DNA of 64,000 bases. Source: Kudoa neothunni. Taxonomy: Eukaryota > Animalia > Cnidaria. A model generated the notes under the pieces. It searched no databases, was not told where the DNA came from, and worked only from the letters and a program-made list of their open reading frames with translations. Position 1 is the first letter of the stretch. Every line of letters starts with the position of its first letter. The stretch spans positions 3,622,440-3,686,439 of the forward strand of contig OZ199838.1 of NCBI GenBank assembly GCA_964304625.1, read 5' to 3'. Positions 39,086 through 52,190 of the stretch are shown here, in pieces. Made by a program: the position numbers and the translations under genes.

Positions 39086-41040
39086 TTAAAAAGGAATCAA
39101 TTTATCAAATCACGTGACCAACATAATAGTCAATTTTGGGTTGATTCTTGGAGGTTATATTTTTGTTCTCAAATAAAAAAGGAGAAAATTAAAAATCAAT
39201 CTTTCGAAGTAATGAAGAAATGCACGTAATAATTATAAGTTATTTAATTTTGTATATAATGGTGCAAAAATACCATGACATAACATTTTAAAATATACGA
39301 TGTATCAAAATTAATTATGAATGTAATTTTTTAAAATATTCGGGTATTTCAGTAGTAAACATTTGATAACACTGTAATGGGAAATGATTTATCAATTAAT
39401 TAGGGCTTATGACTTAGTAGTTGGATGAAACGAAAAAATCTGACTAATTTCAGTTGATGACATAAATATAACTAATAAATTGATTAATTTCGGTAAGAAT
39501 TAGCTCAACTATTACCTGGTATGACATCATAGTCCTAAAAATGATTCGGATACGGAAAGAATATATTTTCATTCATAATCGGTTGATATATGTTCAAATA
39601 CAGATAATGAGTTCTCCATCAATGTTTTAAACTTGTATGAACATTTCTCTTATGATTAAATATTTAATTAATACAAATTTATTTAATTTTATCGTAATTG
39701 GTGTTAAAAGTTCCAACTTATGAATAAATTATTTTCTAGGTAAAATCCTATTTTATACTAATTTAAATCGAAAAAAGTAAAAATTCAACGATGCTCATAA
39801 GAATGATTTATGAATTTGTGGAGGTCAAGAAAAAGTTTTTTGGGATATTTAAACAAAACCGATTACGTATAAAAAATAATAGAACAAATTATATTTCTAA
39901 ACAAAGGTAGTTGCCAATTAAAAATATTGTTGCAGATGCAAAATATTAAAATATTTTGACATACAATATAAAAAAGTTATTTAATAAATGATTATAAAAT
40001 AAATAAGAAATAAAATAATTTTTATATTTCCAAAAAATAAACCATTCACTATATTTTATCTCAATGTAATTTGATATAAACATTTTATGTAAAAATATCA
40101 TTTGACCGAAAATGAAAGATTATTTCTCAATGTAAAAATCTTAAGAACATTTTTTTAGTTATTTTCATTTGAGAAGCAATCCTAATACCAATGCTGAATA
40201 ATAACGAAAATGCAAAGAAAAAGTCACCGCATGTGTATAAATTACGTACTGTTGGTTGCAAATTTTAGTACGCCATTATTTTTTAAAAAGCGGTAATTCG
40301 AAAGGTAAGTAATATCCAAATTTCATTAGTTTTGACGAGATTTAATTAAATCTGTATATAGCTTATGTGGTTATGGTAAAGTATATGACTCCAGAAAAAC
40401 GCCATCATGCGTGCTTTTTTTCTTTTCATTATCAATAATAAATCAAAAGAATACTGAGCGTAAATATTGAGCTCAATAAATTACCTCTAAATTTTTTCCT
40501 AATTCCTATTCGACTACAATCGGATACGAGTGTAATCCACATCGTTTGGCAATAAACACCGAAAAATGGCCGATCATTTTCTTATTTTATCCTAATTAGT
40601 ACATTAGAACCATTATTTAAATTTTCTTAATATTTGCGTTCCAAATTTAGCGTAGTAACTCTTCTAAATTAACTTTTCTAATATTAAGAAATAATATGTC
40701 GTCTATCTTTATTTCTAAAAGTCAAATTAACTTTTAAAACATTTATTAACAACTATATTTGTTTACTTTAGTTTATAAATTTTTATTAGTACATTATTAT
40801 TAGTGAAATAATTTTTATATGTCAATTACTTGCGAAATTGAAACTAACAATAATTATATTAATCGTACATTGATATTTTTGGTTATAAAATCTAAACAAG
40901 ATGTTAACTAGAAATATTACAATGCGTATTTTATTTGTCTGAAGATATTAAATTGGATAACTTTTAGAAATAATAAATCGTATATTTATGATATGCAAGA
41001 AACCATCACCTTAAACATACAACAACGTAAAAAGGCTTAA

Positions 41041-41217
41041 ACAGCAGTTAATCAATTCTACGTAATCTCCATCGGATTGGCAAAAAAGTACGTAAAATCA
41101 GTTGCCGACTGTGTTATTATATGCTCGCGCTAATAAGTGCGTAAGATCGGACGTGACCAATTTTCCACACTTTTCTGCGATCCCCGAGGAGATTACGTAA
41201 CACCGGTCACTGATTGT
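41041..41217. mobile_element. Small fold-back element/MITE with ~60-bp imperfect inverted arms
   Basis: TACGTAATCTCC..GCAAAAAAGT at left pairs with ACTTTTCTGC..GGAGATTACGTA at right. Confidence 0.65.
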
Positions 41218-41854
41218 ATTATTATTTATATTTTTGAACAATAATTTAACTAACAAATTATTTTTATTCATTTAATAATGACTTGTTAAAATTAAAAATT
41301 GATTTTTATCATAAAATAATTTTATGCGTGACTTTGAGAACTATCTTGATAATATTGATCCTCTTTTCGGCGATAATTAAGAAAATATAATCAGGCCATT
41401 ATAAACTGATTATCTTAAAATACCCATGAATTCTTTTATTGATTTATATTAAAAGAAAAATTTATGATTAATAATTTTATTAATATACGGAAAATATATT
41501 ACTATGTTGTATTACAGAGAAGTTGGAAATTAATTTGAATAAATACGTAGTTTTTAATTAATATGGAATATTAAATTCGTGCGTGAAAGTGATAATTGGT
41601 TGATAATGAAAGAAAAATATTCATAAAAGTGTGACTTTGTAGTCAATATCATTTTTGTTTTTGAAATTAAAAATAAATGACTTAAAAATTCAATTTATTA
41701 ACAATATTTTCGACTTACTTTTCTATATAGTCCAGGTTATTATCTGAGTTCGTGACCTTTAATCGTTTTTGAAAAATCTGGTAAAATCGTATACGATACG
41801 GAGATATTAATATTATTAGATAAAAAATATTGAGATTGGTGACATTTCAATCGG

Positions 41855-44800
41855 ATGTTTCATAAAATATTAATTCTAGCTATATTTGGAGTGGTTTTTC
41901 CAAATCTGCACACTTGTGTTAGAGCGGAACGCGAATCACATCCTCCAAATGTTCACGTAATATGGATATTGCTTGCATTGTGTGACTCTAACAAAATTTA
42001 GTATTTTGTGAATATTGTCTTGGAACTATACACGAGTTGTATTCGCGTCTATGAGGTTATTATTAGAGGGGAATATGATTATACTATCGAACTAATAAAC
42101 ACAGTTGACCGTAAGATTGATGAGATTAATGATGAGATGAGTTTAATTTTTGTAGTTCCTGAATATTTTATTACAGTCAAGTATTCCACCGATGAGTTTG
42201 AAAATACTCTTGTTGAAAAACTTTGGGAAGCACTAAAGAGGGCAAATATCCGTACATACGCTGAGAATGTTCAGTTCAATGTAGTTCAAACAAACACCTT
42301 ATTAATGACGTACTAATAATTTATTCTGTCGGCTTTTTTCTATTCCAAAATAGTGAAGATATAAACCAACATTATTACGATGCATTTAACAGGATTAATC
42401 AGAGAGAGCGATATTACGGGAGCAATAAGGATGAACTATTTACACATATGATAAATATCAACACATTTAATAGAGCGGATAAAGCGTGGGCACTTTATTA
42501 TTTGGCCTACGTAAAAAAACTAGTATGTGCTTTGATGAGTCGTGAAAATGATTTTATTGTTCTTAGATCAAATGGAATGACTTTCTTCTATATATTGACG
42601 ATAATTCTTTCGCTGTTTCCTTAGTAAATATGTCATATAGTTTGCCACATTCTGAGTATGCTCTCAAACGAAATGTAAACTTCATTGTCGGTTTTGATAC
42701 CTATTACCGAGGAATTGAAATATTAAAAAATCGAATATTCAACTACCTCAAAGTATTCAGTTTTTTTGTTTTATTACTAAGTTTGATGTCACGAATGGAC
42801 AACCAGAATGTAACAACGAATGGTAAAATCGTCACCCCATGCTACCCTAATAAAGAATATAAACTGGATGATCCAACCACTTTGACTGTGGTCTGTTCGG
42901 GATGTGCCATTACAAAAGAAAAACAAGACAGCTTAAAAGGTTACACACTTACTGGAGAATTCAATTATGAAAAATGCGCAAATATACTGGAAAATCGTGC
43001 CTTTCAATACAGTCTCCCGGTCCTTAAAGAAAGGAGCCTAAATTATGAATGGAGAAATTTTATTTCGTTATTCGAATATCATCGTCAGAAAGTGAGATTA
43101 TTAATTTAATTGAATAAATAAATAAAATATGTGTACACGATTTGATCTTAATATGAACATGTATAGTTGGTTATAGTTCAGCCGGGACAAAATGCACTGG
43201 GTAGTCATGTAAGAACAGATAACGTGAAACATTTGTACAAATATGTGGAAAAAGAATGTATAAATCTATCGGAAGTATTTGCCACCAACATAATTTAATC
43301 TTTCATTAAATAACTTTAGGATTCAAGTCCAAGCGCTTGCTTCAATGCGTTTTATACCTACTATATTTACAATAATAAAATACCTGCAAAGTCTTCCTTT
43401 AAAGTGAGATTTGACATTTTTCTGTACTGACGAGTTTGATTCCTAATTCAATTGCACCACATAATAAAACTAAATTTTCGAATATTGAATCAATTCCCCA
43501 AAATATCCTTAATATTATATTTAAATCTAACTTGTAACTAAAATAAATTTGGGATATGTTATAAATTACAATGCCACATTTTATTTTTATATTTTTTCCA
43601 AAAACCATTCTTAAGTGTGAAAAATATATTAAAATAAAATTTTAAAGTTGCTGAATAAAAAACCGGTCAATAATCACTCCATTATTTAAATAAAAATTAG
43701 CGATAATTTTTCTATTTAACCCTCCAAACATTTTTGGGGCCCAAATGGACCCCACGCACACTTTAATCTCAATTCACTGCTCACTGAAAACTTTAAAATG
43801 GCGATATCCAATCATTATTCTTTAAAAGTTTCTATATATACATAATTTAATTTAAAAATTTGTAATTTTTTGTTTTCTAGGATTTTATATCAAATACTTA
43901 CAACAAGCAGTTTTGGGATCCAGGAGGACCCCACGTTTTTATTTCTCAAAAACTTTTATAAAATTATAAAAAATAAAATACTCTAATTTCGTAAGGTTAT
44001 ATCCATTAAATATTGAGAAAAATCAAGGTTTCTGTTTCCGAAGCGTAACGAGCGAAACCGGTTGCCACCGGTCGTTAGGAATGGAAGAGTTATGTGATGG
44101 TTTTCTAACAATTTACGACTCTGATTGCAGTGAAATGGAAGATATTATTGAAGAATGTTTCTCTTCATCTACTTATAATAGTTCAAATAATTATTACATC
44201 ACAAAAATTATTTGTTATGGTCTTTAGTTGTGCTTTCAAATACAAAAATCAAGAAAGAAAACATCTTAAACAAACCTCTAGGTCTAGCTGCATTTGTAAC
44301 ATCCCGAATTTACGATTTATATGATAGTTTTACCATTTTTTTGATGATGAATTTTTCAATTTTGCCATTACTCACACTAATAAGTTTAGTGCTTTTCTTT
44401 ACGGATGCAACTAGAAAATTTAAATATAATGGAATTTAAACCATTCATAGGAATTCTTAAATATACTCCAATCTTTAAATCTAAAATGGAGTCTCTTAAG
44501 TAATTGCGGAGCTTGAATAAAGGACATCGTATACTTCGTAGAGTCATGTCGCTTTATAGATTCATCCAAGTAAACAGAAATATTCACTTTGATGATTGTG
44601 AGACAAGGGTTTGCGATGAGAAGTCGATAAGTTTTTCCCGGTGACCGAGATTTTCAACAGGTTGAAAAATATTTTGCCGATGTGTCTAATTCCTCTGCTC
44701 ATCTTGCTGTTGATGAACAATTAGTTTCATTGAGAGGCGGGTGACCCATTACGCAGTATATTCCCACCAAACTTGCGTTTTATGTCATTAAATTTTTTTC

Positions 44801-46479
44801 TTTTAACTGATCCTCATCATACCAATAATACACGTAACATCTTAGTTTATCTTTGAGGGAACAATGACCAGATTATCAAATGTGTTGGTGAAAAGGCCAG
44901 TAAAAACTTTTGTTGCGATAATTTTTACAATTCGGTTCCATTGGCAAACAAAATTCTTAACCTAGTTTTAATCATTCTGGAGACAATCCAAAATAATAAT
45001 GGGGATATCTCATTACTTTTTAAAGTTAGGGAATAGGTGTTTTTTGGTTCAATTTTCCTAAAAAGGACGTGGTCATTTTATTGGCGACGCCCCCAAACAA
45101 TGTTAATTTATGCCGTGATCAGACAAAAAATCCGCAAGTTATCGTCGATTATAACAAAACTAAGGTTATGCGGATACATTAGTTAGTATTCCGCCTACGA
45201 TAAAGAGAGGTATATTTTCTGCGCTCGGTTCTCTGATATAATAATAATAATGAACAAATGTTATTGTTGCTCCAAACATCGCTGCAACAATCATTTGAGA
45301 ATTATTTATTACAGATGGAAACAGAAAATAACCAGTAAAATTTATTTAATTACATATTATATTTTTAATTATTATTTTTGAGACTTTTTAGCATAGTTAA
45401 GAAATATATTAATTATTAATCCATATTTTATTATAAGTGATTGGCCTCTATGTGAGTTCGCAACGGTGGATATACCAAATTTTTTATGAATATCAGTTAG
45501 GTAATATTGTATTTTATGTCATCTTAAAAAATGTTATTAAATAATTATAAGAGTCGGTAAAATCAGAATCATTTTGTTACAAGTGAACGTAGGTATTTTC
45601 AGATGTTATTAGAATTTTGAAAGGTCCACTATCTTGTTAGTATCTAGAAAATGCTGTGAAAATATCATATAATATATTAAAATATAATTTCATTAATATT
45701 TAAACTCGTAGAATTAGTAAATAAGTCTTCGTAACTCATCGACTATAATTGCCACGCAAGTAAATTGTGATTATTTCGTTATTGCTCGAGTAAAAAACTT
45801 GTTAAAAGACTATAATTATAATTCATAATATTATGTATCAAAATAAGTAATAAAAATCTGGGGTCCTCCTGTACCCCAAAACTGCTTGATGTATAGTCGT
45901 TTTTGGCATGATTGGAGGTTTAAATAATCGTCTTTATTGATGAATAATTTATATTATAGTACAATATTGTATTAATGTTATTGTTTGTGATTTTGTAATG
46001 TTATTTTTTTATATAAAGAACCCTTTGGTTTCTCTATACAAGGTAGGTCTTTTCGGCATTTTTTTACTAAAAAATATTTTAAGAATGCTGAATTACATTG
46101 GGACGAATTTATCATATACGATAAACTTGGTTATAAATTAAACCAAACTCTTATTCGTACACCAGTCCTTCCTACTGCAGAATATAGATGTTTCTACAAT
46201 TTGGGTCCTTGCAATTATGATTCTAATAAGGATAAAGAAATGGATAAAAATAAGGATAAAGATGATAAAGATATGGCGTTAATAATATTCATAGAGTAAG
46301 TGAACAATTTTTTTACATATATAAATTTTTTTAGATATTTAAAATTTTTGTGGAAATATCTTTTAGCAGCGATCCCGGCTTCACTTCTTATTTGGGGAGG
46401 TATTCAACTTTACTTCAAGTGTAAAAGAAAATCCAATGTGAAAAAGGTTAGTGATAGTCAAACAAAGATTGATGAATGA
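41855..46479 (+). CDS. CD39/GDA1 (E-NTPDase)-fold membrane protein, paralog A, with degenerate apyrase motifs
   Basis: Hydrophobic N terminus; YFVNIVLELYTSCIRVY (ACR1 position); TPCYP; TGEFNYEKC; KEC..ACFNAFYTY; KLGYKLNQT (CD39 TLGYMLNLT); C-terminal TM and basic tail; 9 predicted exons, intron 7 = 43404-46083. Confidence 0.75.
43720..45919 (+). mobile_element. Decayed piggyBac transposon in intron 7 of NTPDase-like paralog A
   Basis: TTAA|CCCTCCAA...TTGGAGGT|TTAA; internal inverted repeats at ~43901-43933 and ~45858-45891; transposase relics LAVDEQLVSLRG..QYIPTK, CDNFYNSVPLA, VIVDYNKTK with stops and frameshifts. Confidence 0.9.
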
Positions 46480-47087
46480 ATGCTAATACCTAATATTCAT
46501 GCTTACCTTAACAAAATTTACAAACTATTATCACGTTTTCGATGGAATATTTGTCCTTATGAATAAAGCAAATGTAAAAATATTACAATGAATGCAATTT
46601 AATAATCAATAAGTTGTTTCATGCGGCTATAATCATTTACCTATCATGAAAATTTTAAGTATGTGATCTCTCACTTAATCGGCTTCTACGACCCAATAAT
46701 AATAATAATAATAATGGTAATAATTCTTACGATGAATAACTTAATGATAATACCGGAGACAGCCATCCTTGAGCATAATCGTAATACAACCTTCGAGACC
46801 GCGTTATGATATGATGCTAAGAAAATTTTTATGGATACGTAATGTACTTTTTGTTCAATACAAAAACTCGATTTTTCGACATCCTCTCAACTAATTTTAA
46901 TTTCACAATTTTTAAATATTTTTTGTATTATCATTTAACGGTATTACTCGCGATATATCATTCCCTTAATGAAATTAAAATTTATGTCAATTATGACCAG
47001 GTATTGCAGTTTTCGATTAAAATCGTCGAATTTTTTAAAAAGTTTCTGTTTATTTTGGCGCAGGCGCACTTGTTTTTTATCCGAGTC

Positions 47088-48990
47088 TGATGGGCAGAAA
47101 TAGAAGAGATATTTGTAGTTACGCCCTTGAATGGGAATATTTGAGGTGTCAGACGGTGATTTAATTTGCAATTATTGCAAGATAAAACTATTTCCACAAC
47201 AAAATCGATGTCAAGAACAATTTAATTCAAAAAAGCATAACTCTGAAATCTGCGTTTGAAAAGGCCTCCACTCTTCCAAACATATTCTTTAGGAGTATTG
47301 AAAATGGTGATTCGGAAATAGATTTGGTATCTGTTGTCGCATTTGATGGACTCCCGCTTTCGTCAATTGACAAAAAAGTTCTTTGCCACAATTTTTATCG
47401 AAATATTGTTGGTCATCTCGTACTTCACCATACGCTCGTTCACTGATACATAAATACTTACCTATTTTGTTCGAACGTTATATGTTTGCATTGAAAAATA
47501 CTTTAAAGGCTCGACGCTTTCCATTGATCATTGATGAGTCGCCCGACTCTAAAAATAGACCTTTGTTTAACATTTTGCTATGTTACTTTGATATAGAGAA
47601 CAATACAAAAAGAATCATCATTCTTGATTCAAAAGCCTTAAGCGAACGCAACACAGTTATAATTACGAGCGAAGTTGCGGAATTACTCCAAAAACACGAT
47701 ATTAAATTAATTGGAAAAATTGTATGGTTATCGTATCCTATTCGGCATCATACATGAAAAAATATTACAAGAGCATAGCTCTAATGTATAATCTTATTGT
47801 TCGAGTTGCTTACTTTTCACATTTGATTCATTCTGCAATGGTCAAACAATTGATTTGATCTTCATTAACATAAAACGATTTTGTATGAAGTTTTCATCTC
47901 TTATTGCTAAGAACAGATAGACTAAAACCAAATTCCTACACTTTCTTCAGAAAAATGATTCAGAATACACAAAATCAGTTCCAGGCGTGCTTGATATAAG
48001 ATGTTACAGTTTGTATAATTGCGTGCTAACTTTTCAAGAATATTTTCTAACAATAAAACAATTTATTGTAGAATCTAAACATAGTTCTGTTCCTAGATTT
48101 ACCACCTTGTTTGATCTGTCTGTAACGTCGTTGGGTGAAATGTCAATTTATCTAAAACTTATTATCAAGTTTCTCTCTCCATTATATGAATTTTAAATTA
48201 CAAACCGAATCTAATGATTCTATTGGTATCTCGAGTCTCTCCGACTGGACAAACTCAAACTACAATATATCTTTAACAACGCTATTAAACAGCAGTAATC
48301 TTACCTCTTTCTTTTTACCAAAGAGAGAAAGTTATCCAAAAAATTACCGGATTTCATGAATTACTCTTCTATCAGCTCAAGAATTCAATCAATAAACTAA
48401 TTGAGGGATGCGTTCTATCGATTGGTTTTTTAGATAAAATAGAGAACTTAGATTTTTCTCTGAAGGGATGCGTTAGAGATGTGAATCCGAGAGATATTCA
48501 ATTGTTTGTTCCTAGTGACAAAAGAGGAGACCAATTTCAGAATGAATGATTGTGATTATCACAGGGTAATATAAATACGGTCATTGTAGAATCTTGGAAA
48601 AACATACATCACAATATCCAGTATCTCATCTCTCGCACAAGATTTGTTATCAACCTCCATATTGTGCATATCTGTCGAAAGTAGCTTTTCGTAGATAAAA
48701 CATATGTTTACCCTCGGCCGAACATACTGATTGAAAGGTGCAAGATTCTTTCAATTCTTTATTACAACGTGTAAGCTCACCTGAATCATCGCCAAAACTA
48801 GACATTGAGCAAACAATAAAACCAATACTAATTACACAACAATAACTAATGGGAACTAAGTGTTTAGATGTAGCCCTAAGAGAATGTTAGATGGGTAGAG
48901 ATGATGTCACACAATTCAGAATTAGATAAGTAATAGCATATTATGCTTATAAATATGCATAAATGGGTTTACATAATTTCCGAGGCACGG
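47088..48990 (+). mobile_element. Decayed hAT transposase pseudogene (non-Buster subgroup)
   Basis: LICNYCK zinc finger, LIIDESPD, SASYMKK, SHLIH, IRCYSLY (RW-like position), VESSFS..KH; many stops; probable terminus near 48990; boundaries approximate. Confidence 0.8.
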
Positions 48991-49084
48991 ATAAATTATT
49001 ACTCACCTAACAGTGGTACACTGTAAAAAAATATACAAATTGAAAGAGAAAGGGGGAATATTACAATATCGAATATTTTAAATC

Positions 49085-50030
49085 TTTGTGAAATCCAGGT
49101 AAGTACTTTAGGGGTGAAAAATTCTGCTTTTATGACCCTGGCCCGAATGATATTCAACGCATTGTAATTTTAACAACAAAAGAACATTGAACGTTTAAAT
49201 AATTCAACGGTAATGGTAGCAGATGGAACTTTTGATATCGTCCTAAAGAGTTTTTACAGCTCGGTACCCTTAATGAAAGCATCTTAGACAAATTTTTCCC
49301 TCTGCTTTTTGTTTTAATGAAAAGCAAAAATCCAGAATTTTGTATTAATTAATCAAGTTAATATATAAATGCCACATAATATAATTATGGATTTTGAATA
49401 TGCATCTTTTGATGCTTTTAAAGAAGCATAAAAATTTTCAACTATCTAATTTTGCACTTTTCGTTTAAGACAGTATGTTTTGAGGAAATTACAAAAGTTT
49501 GGTATGAAAACAATTTACAAAAATAATGTGGAATTTAGACTTCTAATCAAATCTTTTACTTTGTTGGAATTCGTTCCTGAGGAAAATTCTTTAGAAGAGT
49601 ATGAAAAATCGAAGATAGAATCTAGGAAAGTAAATTAAATATCATTAACTCCATTTCTAGATTATTTCGAAAACAATTTCCTATATGGACGCAAGTATCC
49701 TTAACGGCTTGGAACTCGTACAAAAGAGTAATGGAAAATCTATCATTAACCTCGAACAATACGGAAAACTTTCACAAATGTTTTAAAGCATTATTCGAAC
49801 AATCGCATTCAGGACTGAATAATTTTGTAGAAAAGCTGCAACAATGTCAAAACGTCAACGAACAAGAAATATAATTTCCAATAGATAATCCATTTAATGG
49901 TTCCACTACGAATAAAAATCATGACAAAACGAATAAAATAAGAGTGGCCTGCGAAAATTATAAGCGCTACACTACGGATTATTTTATATTAAAACATTGG
50001 CCAAACTGTATAATTGGTGTATAGATTAGA
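49085..50030 (+). mobile_element. Decayed MULE/Mutator transposase
   Basis: VADGTFDIV, FPLLFVLM, IMDFEYA, FLDYFENNF, WNSYKR..TSNNTENFH (typical TNNxxEGWH position); stops and frameshifts. Confidence 0.85.
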
Positions 50031-50329
50031 ATAGTTATTTTATGTAATTATGTTAGTTTGCAATAAATAATTGGTTTTTCTATGTTATTCAAACCTATCA
50101 TAACATGGTCAACAGGGAACGTTGGGCGAAATTTCGCCTCACTAAAGCATGCCAGAAAAAATCAAAATCTTGAGCTTCAATGGAGTCAAATGATCGAAGA
50201 TATAGTGTAGGGTGGGGGTTTGATTTTGGATACACGCTAACTCTCAATAAAAAATGTGTGTTTGTATTATTTATTTTCGAACGAGATTCTTTTTGTGGCA
50301 CTATATAAATAACTATAAAGAAAACAAGT

Positions 50330-50900
50330 TTTGTTATACATGTATAGTATCTGTTCTCATCCCAGGGTACAGACAGACTCTTTAGGCACGTAAATGGCTA
50401 ATGAGTTTGTCAATTTTCTATTATTAAGTGGGGATATAATAAATTTAAAAATGCGCCCCGGTTCATTGGGCTTATGTGTCCCGAAACACCTCAAGAGTGT
50501 TCCCGATGGTCTGTATATATTGAAATCAATAAGACCCTACAACTCAGGGGATAGTTTTTGCGACAGGAATTCTTGGTCGTTCGAATTTTTGAAATAAATT
50601 TCCTTCCCTCTCTTCGGCGAGGCCTAACAAAAAGATAGTACCAACATTTTGTCACATTCTTGTTTGGTTTCGTGCACAGATGGTATTTTAATATTGTGAC
50701 ATTAGAGCTGCTGGCCTCCGTAACGTTTTCCAGCTCTTCTACTAATAGTTTTATTTTTTTCCAAACATCAATCTTCTGAAATATCCCCATACTTCTTTAC
50801 GCTTAGATCAAAGTCTATGAAAAGAGTTTGTGGTGAGTCCCCTTTTTATATATTCGAACACACCTCTGTTGTCAGAGATGAGCCCTCCAATATCAAAGGG
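50330..50900 (-). mobile_element. Possible Penelope-like retroelement RT relic
   Basis: Across frames: KRGL, CTKPNKN (cf. ITKPDKGN), IYRPSG..THKPNEPGR (cf. PKIHKPxxPGRPI); heavily decayed. Confidence 0.4.
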
Positions 50901-51096
50901 GCTCTCTGCAGCTAACCACCTCCAGTAAGTACAGTCAACAAACGGTTATTGCACATTTTTTTGGAGAATCGTAAAGAAGTACGCAATACCCATCTAATAA
51001 CGCGTGTATGAAATCAAACAATTATCTTCATTAAAACAAACTACTTAACATTTATTTAAATTTAAATTCCAACAAAAAATTTTCATACGTATTCCT

Positions 51097-51138
51097 GTTG
51101 CGAATCCCCGGTTGAAAACTACTGCATTAGAGGGTTAA
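51097..51138. mobile_element. Buster TIR end followed by a piggyBac-like terminus
   Basis: GGTTGAAAACTACTG + cattagag + gg + TTAA; same junction layout as 39062-39089. Confidence 0.5.
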
Positions 51139-52190
51139 GATAACGAAATTGTATTAATCTCATACACATTAATATATAGGGTTGATGTTAAATATCGAAA
51201 TCTCTTTGCAATCATTATATTGGGTCTAGTTAATAATGCTTATTTCCATAATGTATTAAATAATTAGAAATTAACGTATATATTACTTATTATCTCTATA
51301 ATATTGGGTTTGGCAATGGAAGATCATCCCCGAATCGTTACAGTAATTTTTTTATTATTTACTAATACACAATTAATGTACAAATAAATGTTATTAATTA
51401 AAATAAATATTAAATTTTTGGGATTAACGAATAAATTCAATTGGTTAAAATGCGGAATAGTGGTCAAATTTTCAGATTACAGATTATAATTAGTTTGATT
51501 ATTAATCCTATATTTTTAATCCCAAATTAGCGTTATAATTATGCTAATATTTTTTCCAGGAATGACTTATCTTCACTCAATATATTATTTTTGATATTAT
51601 GGTTACGCATTTGCTACAATTGAACACCTAATGCTTGTATAAAATACGAATTCTTTTTTCTTATAGACAGATTTAACAATAGGCAATCGCTAAGGATGAA
51701 ATATGGCAATTCAACAAAATTAAAGTTGTCCAACTTAAACTCTACAACATAATGCATGCTTTATTTGAGCCAAATTAATTAGTGGTATAGCCTGTCGAAA
51801 GAATCGCGAAGACTAGGAGTTCTCTGCATTAATAGATTACTGCAAGTGCTATTGTGATGACAAATAGGGGTTGCTAAAAGTACCGTACTGATGAGTGACC
51901 CAACATTGATTAATACTCAATAAAATATTCAGCGGGTTCGTTTTTGTACGTTGTCGCTAATTTGGATAACGACCACTATGATACATTCCTACCATCAATT
52001 ATAATAGAAACTAAAATATGATTAGCTTAATAAAACAATTCATTTATTTTTATTAGCAATATAAACAAGATTATTAACATATTATGTGAAAAAATCCTAT
52101 TAATATTATAGTAAGCTCTATACTTGGCGGAGATAACAGATTGATAATAGCATTAATTTGTCGTCTTAACTAGAAACTGTTCAATTCCAC

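Noticed and set aside
51790-51900. Hammerhead ribozyme (CTGATGAG) or C/D snoRNA (GTGATGA..CTGA)
   Set aside because: No valid stem II/GAAA pairing, and the C-D spacing is too short
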